From Muribaculaceae bacterium (GTDB taxonomy: Bacteria; Bacteroidota; Bacteroidia; Bacteroidales; Muribaculaceae), in the NCBI GenBank assembly GCA_023664185.1, contig JAMPGA010000001.1, positions 839,473-903,472 on the forward strand: DNA of 64,000 bases, read 5' to 3'. The translations under genes were made by a program, and so were the position numbers. The notes beneath the pieces are model-generated. The model ran no database searches and was not told where the DNA came from. It was given only the letters and a program-made list of their open reading frames with translations. The first letter of the stretch is position 1, and each line of letters opens with the position of its first letter. Shown piece after piece: positions 1 to 12,105 of this stretch.

Positions 1-2
1 CA

Positions 3-3533
<3,531 letters not shown>

Positions 3534-3571
3534 TTCACACGGCAGATTTACAAAGTTTTACTGAAATTTTG

Positions 3572-3579
3572 TAAATTTG
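3572..3579 (+). promoter_or_regulatory. Bacteroidetes sigma-A -7 element for etfBA-acd
   Basis: TAAATTTG matches TAnnTTTG; TTTA 21 nt upstream; about 90 nt before the etfB ATG. Confidence 0.6.
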
Positions 3580-3666
3580 CCGTTGAATTTCCTTGAAGTT
3601 TGTTCGTCAACCCCCCGTTCAGACTATTCTAACATTCGCCTTAAAATAATCCAAACCATAGCAAAT

Positions 3667-4539
3667 ATGAGTCTCAACATCATCGTGCTCGCCAAGCAGG
3701 TGCCCGACACCCGCAATGTGGGCAAGGATGCCATGAAAGAAGACGGCACCATCAACCGAGCTGCGCTCCCCGCCATCTTCAACCCCGAGGACCTCAACGC
3801 CCTCGAGCAGGCACTTCGCTTAAAGGATGCCAATCCCGGCTCCACAGTGACACTTCTGACAATGGGTCTGCCCCGCGCCTCAGAGATAATCCGAGAAGCC
3901 ATCTATCGCGGTGCCGACGGCGGCATTGTCCTCACTGACCGCGCCCTGGGTGGCGCCGACACTCTGGCCACATCCTACTCGCTGGCACAGGCCGTGAAGA
4001 GAATCGGCAACTTCGACATCATCCTCGGCGGTCGTCAGGCCATCGACGGCGACACCGCTCAGGTGGGTCCCCAGATTGCCGAAAAACTCGGACTTCCCCA
4101 AATCACATATGCCGAGGAAATCCTTGAGCTCAAGGATGGATACGTCACCGTGAAGCGCCGCCTCGAAAATGGCGTGGAGACACTCCGCTCGCCGCTCCCC
4201 TGCGTGGTCACAGTCAACGGCTCAGCTGCACCCTGCCGCCCCCGCAATGCCCAGCGCATCATGAAATATAAATATGCTGCATCGCCCACAGAGGCCGCCT
4301 CGATGAGCCCTGAGCGCAAAGAGATGATAGAGAAACGTCCCTATCTCAACATCCCCGAGTGGAGCGCTGCCTATGTTGAGGCCGATCCCACACAGATAGG
4401 TCTGCCCGGATCACCCACAAAGGTTAAGGCCGTTGAAAACGTTGTCTTCACAGCCAAGGAGAGCCGCGTGCTCGACGACAGCGACGAGCAGATCGAAGAA
4501 CTCGTCAAAGAACTCATAGCCAACCACACAATCGGATAA
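3667..4539 (+). CDS. etfB: Electron transfer flavoprotein beta subunit
   Basis: Start at ATG 3667 (MSLNIIVLAKQVPDT). Motifs NPEDLNALE, RGAD, GADTLATS, GRQAIDGDTAQVGP. Confidence 0.95.
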   Translation: MSLNIIVLAKQVPDTRNVGKDAMKEDGTINRAALPAIFNPEDLNALEQALRLKDANPGSTVTLLTMGLPRASEIIREAIYRGADGGIVLTDRALGGADTLATSYSLAQAVKRIGNFDIILGGRQAIDGDTAQVGPQIAEKLGLPQITYAEEILELKDGYVTVKRRLENGVETLRSPLPCVVTVNGSAAPCRPRNAQRIMKYKYAASPTEAASMSPERKEMIEKRPYLNIPEWSAAYVEADPTQIGLPGSPTKVKAVENVVFTAKESRVLDDSDEQIEELVKELIANHTIG

Positions 4540-4547
4540 TCACAGCC

Positions 4548-5573
4548 ATGGATCAGAACAACTTAATCGTATATCTCGAAATCGAAGATGGCCGTGTGGC
4601 CGATGTGAGCCTCGAACTCCTCACCAAGGGCCGCAAGCTGGCCGACCGCCTCGGCGTCAAGCTTGAAGCCCTCGCCGTAGGTGCCGGTCTTGACGGAATA
4701 GACCAGCAGGTGTTCCCCTATGGCGTTGACCGTCTCTACAAAGTGGAGGACGAACGTCTCCGTCACTACACCTCCAATCCTCATGCCGCAGTCCTCATAA
4801 ACCTCTTCCGCGAAATCAAGCCCCAGATCTGCCTCATGGGCGCCACATGTGTGGGCCGCGACCTGGGTCCCCGCGTCAGCTCGTGCCTGCACAGCGGCCT
4901 CACCGCCGACTGCACAGCTCTTGAGATCGGCGACCACAAAGATCCCAAGACCGGCAAGGAGTATACCGACCTTCTCTATCAGATCCGTCCGGCCTTTGGC
5001 GGCAACATTGTGGCCACCATCGTCAATCCCGAGTGCCGTCCGCAGATGGCCACCGTGCGCGAGGGCGTGATGAAAAAGCAGGTACTCGACCCCGAATACA
5101 AAGGCGAAGTCATCGTGCTCGACCCCAAGAAATATGTGGCCGATGAGGATTTTGCAGTGGAGATAATTGACCGCCACATAGAGAAATCGAAAATCAACAT
5201 CAAGAACGCCTCCATCATCGTGGCCGGCGGTTACGGTGTGGGCTCGAAAGAAAACTTCCAGCTGCTCCACGACCTGGCCGACACCCTCGGAGCCGAAGTG
5301 GGAGCATCGCGCGCTGCCGTCGACGCAGGCTTCACCGAACATGCACGCCAGATAGGCCAGACCGGTGTGACTGTGCGCCCCAAACTCTACATAGCATGCG
5401 GCATCTCCGGTCAGATTCAGCACATAGCCGGTATGCAGGAAAGCTCCATCATCATCTCAATCAACAACGATCCCGCAGCTCCCATCAACTCCATAGCCGA
5501 CTATGTCATAACCGGCAATCTCGAGGACGTGGTGCCCAAGCTCATCAAACACTATAAGAAGAACTCTAAATAA
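4548..5573 (+). CDS. etfA: Electron transfer flavoprotein alpha subunit
   Basis: GLTADCT, RPAFGGN, GASRAAVDAG, QIGQTG, GISGQIQH FAD-binding motifs. Confidence 0.95.
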   Translation: MDQNNLIVYLEIEDGRVADVSLELLTKGRKLADRLGVKLEALAVGAGLDGIDQQVFPYGVDRLYKVEDERLRHYTSNPHAAVLINLFREIKPQICLMGATCVGRDLGPRVSSCLHSGLTADCTALEIGDHKDPKTGKEYTDLLYQIRPAFGGNIVATIVNPECRPQMATVREGVMKKQVLDPEYKGEVIVLDPKKYVADEDFAVEIIDRHIEKSKINIKNASIIVAGGYGVGSKENFQLLHDLADTLGAEVGASRAAVDAGFTEHARQIGQTGVTVRPKLYIACGISGQIQHIAGMQESSIIISINNDPAAPINSIADYVITGNLEDVVPKLIKHYKKNSK

Positions 5574-5585
5574 CGCTGTCACATC

Positions 5586-7289
5586 ATGGCTAACTTCTAT
5601 ACAGACAATCCCGACCTCAAGCACCATCTCACCCATCCGTTGATGGAGAAGATTGTGGCTCTGAAGGAACGAAACTATACAGACGCCGAGAAGTTTGACT
5701 ACGCTCCTCTCGACTATAACGATGCCCAGGACTCTTACGACCGTGTACTGCAGGTGGTAGGCGAAATCTGCGGCGACATCATAGCCCCCAACTCCGAGGA
5801 TGTGGACCATCAGGGCCCGCACGTTGAAAACAACCGTGTTATCTATGCCGACAAGACCAAAGATAATCTCGAGGCTTGCCGCAAAGCCGGACTCATGGGT
5901 ATGGCTATGCCCCGCCGTCTGGGTGGACTGAACTTCCCCATCACCCCCTATATCATGGCCGCAGACATCGTCAGCCGCGCCGACACAGGTTTTGAAAATC
6001 TGTGGGGTCTGCAGGACTGCGCCGAGACCATCTACGAGTTTGCCTCGGAAGAGCAGAAGTCAAAATTCATCCCCCGCGTGTGTGCAGGCGAGACCATGTC
6101 TATGGACCTCACCGAGCCCGACGCCGGTTCAGACCTTCAGAGCGTCATGCTCAAGGCCACCGAGCAGCCCGACGGCACATGGCGCCTCAACGGTGTGAAG
6201 CGCTTCATCACCAACGGTGACTCAGACATCCATCTGGTGCTGGCCCGCTCAGAAGCCGGAACTAAGGATGGCCGCGGCCTCTCGATGTTTATCTACGATA
6301 AGCGCGACGGCGGTGTCAATGTGCGTCGCATTGAAAACAAGATGGGTATCAAAGGCTCTCCCACCTGCGAGCTCACCTATAAGAATGCCAAAGCCGAACT
6401 CTGCGGCTCGCGCCGCATGGGTCTCATCAAATATGTGATGGCCCTTATGAACGGCGCCCGCCTGGGCATCGCAGCCCAGAGCGTGGGTGTGAGCGAACTT
6501 GCCTACCGCGAGGCTCTTGCCTATGCCCGCGACCGCAAACAGTTTGGCAAACCCATCATCGAGTTCCCCGCCGTCTACGAGATGCTCTCAGTGATGAAGG
6601 CCAAGCTCGACGCCTCACGCTCGCTGCTCTACGAGTGCGCCCGTTATGTAGACATCTACAAAATCTACGACGACATCGCCAAAGAGCGCACCCTCACCCC
6701 CGAAGAGCGCAAGGAGTCGAAATACTACTCCAAGCTGGCCGATGCCCTCACCCCCATGGCCAAAGGCATGGGTTCGGAATACTGCAACCAGAACGCCTAC
6801 GACTGTATCCAGATCCACGGTGGATCGGGCTTCATGAAGGACTATGCCTGCGAGCGCCTCTATCGCGATGCCCGCATCACATCTATCTACGAAGGCACCA
6901 CCCAGCTCCAGGTAGTAGCAGCCATCCGCCACGTCACCACCGGCACATATCTCAGCCTCATCCGCACATATCAGGAGGCCGAAGTGCGCCCCGAGCTGCA
7001 GGCTCTCAAAGACCGCCTGGCAGCCCTCACAGAGTGCTATGCCAAAGCCGTTGAGAAGGTTGCCTCAGTTGACAATCAGGCTTATGGCGACTTCATGGCT
7101 CGCCGACTCGTGGAAATGGCCGGCGTGATCGTCATGAGCTACCTCCTCCTGGCCGACGCCCAGCGCAACGAAGCCTTCAATCGCTCTGCCGAGATCTATG
7201 CCAACCTCGCCGAGGCTGAAGTGGTGAAGCATGCCGGATTCATCGACATGTTTAACCCCGATGAAGTAGAGCTCTACAAAGCAGAATAA
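5586..7289 (+). CDS. Acyl-CoA dehydrogenase family protein
   Basis: MDLTEPDAGSDL, LNGVKRFITNG, KMGIKGSPTC, R-KQFGK, QIHGGSG, IYEGTTQ; co-transcribed with etfBA. Confidence 0.93.
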   Translation: MANFYTDNPDLKHHLTHPLMEKIVALKERNYTDAEKFDYAPLDYNDAQDSYDRVLQVVGEICGDIIAPNSEDVDHQGPHVENNRVIYADKTKDNLEACRKAGLMGMAMPRRLGGLNFPITPYIMAADIVSRADTGFENLWGLQDCAETIYEFASEEQKSKFIPRVCAGETMSMDLTEPDAGSDLQSVMLKATEQPDGTWRLNGVKRFITNGDSDIHLVLARSEAGTKDGRGLSMFIYDKRDGGVNVRRIENKMGIKGSPTCELTYKNAKAELCGSRRMGLIKYVMALMNGARLGIAAQSVGVSELAYREALAYARDRKQFGKPIIEFPAVYEMLSVMKAKLDASRSLLYECARYVDIYKIYDDIAKERTLTPEERKESKYYSKLADALTPMAKGMGSEYCNQNAYDCIQIHGGSGFMKDYACERLYRDARITSIYEGTTQLQVVAAIRHVTTGTYLSLIRTYQEAEVRPELQALKDRLAALTECYAKAVEKVASVDNQAYGDFMARRLVEMAGVIVMSYLLLADAQRNEAFNRSAEIYANLAEAEVVKHAGFIDMFNPDEVELYKAE

Positions 7290-7309
7290 AACTCGACTGT
7301 TTCCCAAAT

Positions 7310-7351
7310 AAACCCGCCTCGTTGGCTTCATGCCGGAGAGGCGGGTTTTTT
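7310..7351 (+). terminator. Intrinsic terminator of etfBA-acd
   Basis: AAACCCGCCTC ... GAGGCGGGTTT stem followed by a T tract. Confidence 0.8.
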
Positions 7352-7427
7352 CAAATTTGTCAGTTAGGCAAAATTTGGGGACACTCCCTTAGGAAAGTTT
7401 TCCTGAAAAACCGTCAAAATAGTTTTG

Positions 7428-7752
7428 CTAAATATTGCTGTCCGATAAAAATTTTTGAGGGCATCCCAAAAATTAGGGCTGGCACCTATTGCAGGAGTCA
7501 GCCCTTATTGGTTATTTAGAGGTCGCCAAACTTTCTTAAATAACCATGGGTAAAAGTAGTCATTTTAGCGGACATCATCCCGAAAAGGACTGGGAATCCA
7601 TACTTGAATCGGCCTCCGGACTCCTTCCTCAACCATCACTTTTTGACTGAGGGGGGCTTGGAAAACATAAAAAGCAGACTCGACCGCTGAAAATCAGCAG
7701 TCGAGCCACATGTTTTTGTCCTTATCAACTTTTATCGGACAGCAATATTTAA
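7428..7752 (+). mobile_element. Miniature internally deleted IS (probably IS4 family, Bacteroidales DUF4372/DDE type)
   Basis: Perfect 22-bp inverted repeats TAAATATTGCTGTCCGATAAAA (7429-7450) and TTTTATCGGACAGCAATATTTA (7730-7751) enclose a 34-aa ORF resembling transposase termini. No clean target duplication seen. Confidence 0.8.
7546..7650 (+). pseudogene. Transposase remnant: N-terminal ~9 codons fused in frame to C-terminal ~25 codons
   Basis: MGKSSHFSGH-HPEKDWESILESASGLLPQPSLFD*. Both halves resemble, from recall, the termini of Bacteroidales IS4-family transposases (MGKSxHFSGQP ... PEKDW ... SLFD). Confidence 0.7.
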
Positions 7753-7805
7753 AAATTGATTACCGACGGGGCGTAAGTAAACTGTTGATAATCCGCTATA
7801 TAAGC

Positions 7806-7831
7806 AAAAAAAACTCGACCGAGGTCGAGTT
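7806..7831 (-). terminator. Terminator downstream of tRNA-Cys
   Basis: AACTCGACC/GGTCGAGTT stem with an 8-nt U tract on the minus strand. Confidence 0.75.
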
Positions 7832-7837
7832 CTATTG

Positions 7838-7908
7838 AGGTTCCTAGCAGAATCGAACTGCTGTAAACGGTTTTGCAGACCGGCGCCTAACCACTCGGCC
7901 AAGGAACC
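7838..7908 (-). tRNA. tRNA-Cys (GCA)
   Basis: Minus strand GGTTCCTTGGCCGAGTGGTTAGGCGCCGGTCTGCAAAACCGTTTACAGCAGTTCGATTCTGCTAGGAACCT folds as a cloverleaf with anticodon loop CTGCAAA. Promoter TACCTTTG at 7939-7932. Confidence 0.96.
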
Positions 7909-8005
7909 ATTGCTTTTTTTCTTTTGCTCTGCAAAGGTAGGACTTTTTTTTTGAATCTGCAAGAGCCGGAGTGTAGTTTTTGCAATTTTTTTGGTCGGTG
8001 TGATG

Positions 8006-8035
8006 AAAAAAACGGCTCCCGGATGGGGAGCCGTT
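8006..8035 (-). terminator. Terminator downstream of pgi
   Basis: AACGGCTCCC/GGGAGCCGTT stem with a U tract on the minus strand. Confidence 0.75.
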
Positions 8036-8058
8036 GGGTGGGGTTGGGGATATTCGGT

Positions 8059-9405
8059 TTATTTCTCCAGACGAGCCTTAATGGCTTCGGTTTCAGCCTC
8101 ATATCCGGGCTTGGCCAGGAGTGCAAACATGTTGCGCTTGTAGGCCTCTACGCCGGGCTGGTTGAAGGGGTTGACTCCGAGCATGTAGCCGCTGATGCCA
8201 CAGGCTTTTTCGAAGAAGTAGATGAGCTGGCCCAGATATTTCTCCTGGATGGCGGGGAGGGTGATGAGGATGTTGGGCACTCCACCGTCCACGTGTGCCA
8301 GGCGTGTGCCGAGCTCGGCCATCTTGTTTACTTCGTCGACGTGCTTGCCGGCAATGTAGTTGAGGCCGTCGAGGTTGGCATCGTCGGTGGGGATGAGCTT
8401 TTCGTGAGCGGGCTCTGCTACTGAGATTACAGTCTCAAAGATGGTGCGTTCGCCGTCCTGGATCCACTGACCCATGGAGTGGAGGTCTGTGGAGTTGTCG
8501 ACTGCGGCGGGGAATATGCCTTTGTGATCCTTGCCTTCGCTCTCGCCGTAGAGCTGTTTCCACCATTCTCCGAAGTAGTGGAGTTTGGGGTTGTAGTTCA
8601 CGAGGATCTCTATTTTTTTACCTGCCTGATAGAGAGCGTTGCGAGTGGCGGCATAGAGGTATGCGGGGTTGGCTTCGTCGGGGGCGTTGGTGGCTTTTTC
8701 CATCTCGCCTGCGCCGTCGATGAGTGCGCGGATGTCAAATCCGGCCACGGCTATGGGCAGAAGGCCTACGGGGGTGAGCACTGAGAAGCGTCCGCCCACG
8801 TTGTCAGCGATTACAAATGTTTTGTAGCCTTCTTCGTTGGCCAGAGTGCGGAGGGCGCCGCGTTTGGCGTCGGTGATGGCCACAATTCGTTTGCGGGCTT
8901 CGTCGATGCCCAGCTGACGCTCCAACTGCTCCTTGAGCAGACGGAATGCGATGGCGGGCTCGGTGGTGGTGCCGCTCTTTGATATTACGATGATGCCGAA
9001 TCGTTTGTCTTTCAGATAGTCCTGAAGTTCATACAGGTAGTCTTCGCCGATGTTCTGGCCGGCAAAGATCACTTTAGGCTCGCCTTCCACGCCGGGACGA
9101 TAAGCTGCAAAGCTGTCGCTGAGGGCTTCGATCACGGCCTTTGCTCCGAGATAGCTGCCGCCGATACCGATGGCTACGACGGTGTCGCAGGTGGCGCGGA
9201 GTTTTTCGGCGCTTGCTATGATGTCGTCAAGCTGGGCATCGGTGGTTTCTGTGGGGAGGTTTACCCAGCCAAGGAAGTCGTTGCCTTCGCCCGAGCCGGT
9301 GAGCACCTTGTCAAGGGCATCGGTGGCTTTGGCGTCGAGGTTGCTGATCTGCTCGCAGCTCACTGCCGAGAGGACATCCTTGATGTCAACGTTCAGAGTT
9401 TTCAT
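8059..9405 (-). CDS. pgi: Glucose-6-phosphate isomerase
   Basis: [45 protein letters not shown]. Confidence 0.97.
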   Translation of the reverse strand: MKTLNVDIKDVLSAVSCEQISNLDAKATDALDKVLTGSGEGNDFLGWVNLPTETTDAQLDDIIASAEKLRATCDTVVAIGIGGSYLGAKAVIEALSDSFAAYRPGVEGEPKVIFAGQNIGEDYLYELQDYLKDKRFGIIVISKSGTTTEPAIAFRLLKEQLERQLGIDEARKRIVAITDAKRGALRTLANEEGYKTFVIADNVGGRFSVLTPVGLLPIAVAGFDIRALIDGAGEMEKATNAPDEANPAYLYAATRNALYQAGKKIEILVNYNPKLHYFGEWWKQLYGESEGKDHKGIFPAAVDNSTDLHSMGQWIQDGERTIFETVISVAEPAHEKLIPTDDANLDGLNYIAGKHVDEVNKMAELGTRLAHVDGGVPNILITLPAIQEKYLGQLIYFFEKACGISGYMLGVNPFNQPGVEAYKRNMFALLAKPGYEAETEAIKARLEK

Positions 9406-9439
9406 GCTATTATATTTTAGAAGTGATGTTTATTTTCTC

Positions 9440-10432
9440 TCAGATAAACCATTTGCCCAGGGCGCGCATGGCGCGCTCGGCGTTGGCGTGACGGTAGAGT
9501 ATGTCATACACGGCATCGAGTATGGGCATCTCTACTCCGTAGCGTTTGTTGATTTCCTTGATGCACTTGGTGCCGTAATATCCTTCGGCAGTCTGTTCCA
9601 TCTCCATGCGGGCGGTAGACACTGAGTAGCCTTTGCCTATGATCGACCCGAAGTTGTGGTTGCGCGAGAATCTGGAGTAGGCCGTCACCAGCAGGTCGCC
9701 CAGGTAGACGCTGTCGCATATGCAGCGGGGACGGGGACACACCTCGTCGATGAAGCGCTCCATCTCGCGGATGGCGTTGCTCACCAGCATAGCCAGGAAG
9801 TTGTCGCCACCCTTCATGCCGTGGACTATGCCGGCGGCTATGGAGTAGACGTTTTTGAGTACGGCGGCATATTCGATGCCTTCAACATCGCTCGAGGGTA
9901 TGGTGCGTGTGGTGGGCGAGTTGAGACATTTGCCAAATTCTTCGGCATACTCCACGTTGTGGCATCCCACGGTCAGGAAGCTCGGACGCGACAGAGCCAC
10001 CTCTTCGGCGTGGCAGGGGCCTGATATCACGATGCTCTTCTCGGGGTTCACGCCGAAACGGTGGGTCATATAGTCGGTGATTATCTCATTGTCGCCGGGC
10101 ACTATGCCCTTCACGGCCGAGACTATCGTCTTGCCCGAGATGTCGACTGATATCTTGTTGATGTGTGTCTTGAAGTAGGGCGAAGGCATCACCAGCAGCA
10201 GTGTGTCGGCACGGCTGCAGACGTCGTTTATGTCGCTCGAGAAGTCGATGCGGCTCACATCAAACTCCACATCAGTGAGATAGGCCGGGTTGTGGCCCAT
10301 CCGTTTGAAGTCCTCTATGCGGTCGTCACGCCTCATATACCAGAGTATGCTCTGGCAGTTGCGCAGCAGAAGTTTGGCGAGAGCTGTGGCCCAGCTTCCG
10401 CCTCCCATCACCGCTATTTTTTCAAAACTCAT
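9440..10432 (-). CDS. gpsA: NAD(P)H-dependent glycerol-3-phosphate dehydrogenase
   Basis: GGGSWATA Rossmann motif, SGPCHAEEV, LKNVYSIAAG, GDLLVTAYSRFSRN, AEG. Confidence 0.94.
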   Translation of the reverse strand: MSFEKIAVMGGGSWATALAKLLLRNCQSILWYMRRDDRIEDFKRMGHNPAYLTDVEFDVSRIDFSSDINDVCSRADTLLLVMPSPYFKTHINKISVDISGKTIVSAVKGIVPGDNEIITDYMTHRFGVNPEKSIVISGPCHAEEVALSRPSFLTVGCHNVEYAEEFGKCLNSPTTRTIPSSDVEGIEYAAVLKNVYSIAAGIVHGMKGGDNFLAMLVSNAIREMERFIDEVCPRPRCICDSVYLGDLLVTAYSRFSRNHNFGSIIGKGYSVSTARMEMEQTAEGYYGTKCIKEINKRYGVEMPILDAVYDILYRHANAERAMRALGKWFI

Positions 10433-10452
10433 GGCTTAGGTGGCTTGATGAG

Positions 10453-11997
10453 TTAATCTTCAGTTTTCTCTTCGGTATTCTGAACCGGCTTCTTTTCGGG
10501 GCGCATCTGCGGGAAGAAGAGCACTTCCTGGATGGTGGTCTGTCCGGTCATGAGCATCACCAGACGGTCCATGCCTATGCCCATGCCCGATGTGGGGGGC
10601 ATGCCGTATTCGAGAGCGCGGATGAAGTCTTTGTCGATTATCATTGCCTCGTCGTCGCCCTTTTCGCCCAGACGCATCTGCTCTACAAATCGCTCATACT
10701 GGTCGATGGGGTCGTTGAGCTCGGAGTAGGCGTTGGCCAGCTCTTTGCCGTTGACCATGAGCTCGAAGCGTTCGGTGAGCTCGGGGTTGTTGCGGTGACG
10801 CTTGGTGAGGGGCGACATCTCGATGGGATAGTCGATGATGAATGTGGGCTGTATGAACGAGCCTTCGCATTTCTCGCCAAAGATTTCGTCGATGAGTTTG
10901 CCTTTGCCCATAGTTTTGTCCACCTCGATTCCCATGGCCAGGGCAGCCTCGCGCAGCTCATCTTCGGTCTTGCCGGTGATATCAAATCCGGTCTTCTCGA
11001 GGATGGCATCTGTCATGGTGAGGCGGCGATAGGGAGCCTTAAAGTTGATGACGTTGTCGCCCACCTTGACTTCGGTGGTGCCGTTGACGTCGAGACAAAT
11101 TTTCTCGAGCATCTTTTCGGTGAACTCCATCATCCAGTTGTAGTCCTTATAGGCCACATATATCTCCATGCATGTGAACTCGGGGTTGTGTGTGCGGTCC
11201 ATTCCCTCGTTACGGAAGTTTTTGGAGAACTCATACACACCCTCGAAGCCGCCCACGATGAGGCGCTTCAGATAAAGCTCGTCGGCAATGCGCAGATACA
11301 GAGGTATGTCCAGAGCGTTGTGGTGGGTGATGAAGGGGCGGGCGGCGGCTCCACCGGGTATAGACTGGAGTATGGGGGTCTCCACCTCCATATAGCCTGC
11401 GCGGTTGAAATACTCGCGCATGGAATTGTAGACTTTGGTGCGCTTGATGAAAATGTCCTTCACACCGTTGTTTACCACGAGGTCTACATAGCGGCGGCGG
11501 TAGCGCAGCTCGGGATCGTCAAATCCGTCATAAACCACGCCGTCCTTGATCTTGACCACGGGGAGGGGGCGGAGCGATTTGCCCAACACTGTGAGCTCGT
11601 GCGCATGCACGGAGATCTCGCCTGTCTTGGTGCGGAACACATAGCCCTTCACACCCACAAAGTCGCCTATGTCAAGGAGTTTCTTGAACACCACGTTATA
11701 CATATCCTTGTTTTCGCCGGGGCATATCTCGTCGCGGTTCACATAAACCTGAATGCGGCCGGTGGAATCCTGGAGCTCCATGAAGGAGGCTTTGCCCATG
11801 ATGCGGCGCCCCATCACACGTCCGGCCACACACACCTCTCTTTCGGGTGCGTCGTCGGAGAATGTTTCTTTGATTTCAGCGGCATATCCGTCTACCGGAT
11901 ACTCTGCTGCGGGGTAAGGCTCGATGCCCATGCGGCGCATCTCTTCGAGGCTCTGACGCCTGATAAGTTCCTGTTCACTGAGTGAAGGTGCGTTCAT
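10453..11997 (-). CDS. lysS: Lysine--tRNA ligase (class II)
   Basis: OB fold, [48 protein letters not shown]. Confidence 0.98.
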   Translation of the reverse strand: MNAPSLSEQELIRRQSLEEMRRMGIEPYPAAEYPVDGYAAEIKETFSDDAPEREVCVAGRVMGRRIMGKASFMELQDSTGRIQVYVNRDEICPGENKDMYNVVFKKLLDIGDFVGVKGYVFRTKTGEISVHAHELTVLGKSLRPLPVVKIKDGVVYDGFDDPELRYRRRYVDLVVNNGVKDIFIKRTKVYNSMREYFNRAGYMEVETPILQSIPGGAAARPFITHHNALDIPLYLRIADELYLKRLIVGGFEGVYEFSKNFRNEGMDRTHNPEFTCMEIYVAYKDYNWMMEFTEKMLEKICLDVNGTTEVKVGDNVINFKAPYRRLTMTDAILEKTGFDITGKTEDELREAALAMGIEVDKTMGKGKLIDEIFGEKCEGSFIQPTFIIDYPIEMSPLTKRHRNNPELTERFELMVNGKELANAYSELNDPIDQYERFVEQMRLGEKGDDEAMIIDKDFIRALEYGMPPTSGMGIGMDRLVMLMTGQTTIQEVLFFPQMRPEKKPVQNTEEKTED

Positions 11998-12105
11998 ATC
12001 GTCAATATATTGTGGTGTCGTTTTTACACTGTTATTACTCTAATTGCAAAATTACAATTATTTTTGTCTATACTGTGTTAATTTAAGTTTAAAGTTTCAC
12101 AGCCA

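Noticed and set aside
7330-7837. attL/attR duplication of the tRNA-Cys 3' end
   Set aside because: No second copy of the tRNA 3' sequence found by eye here, nor near tRNA-Arg; no integrase present.
10795-11985. 396-aa plus-strand ORF and similar long antisense ORFs (4563-5423, 32452-33267, 44495-45394, 51671-52678)
   Set aside because: Each lies wholly opposite a confidently identified gene and lacks independent features.
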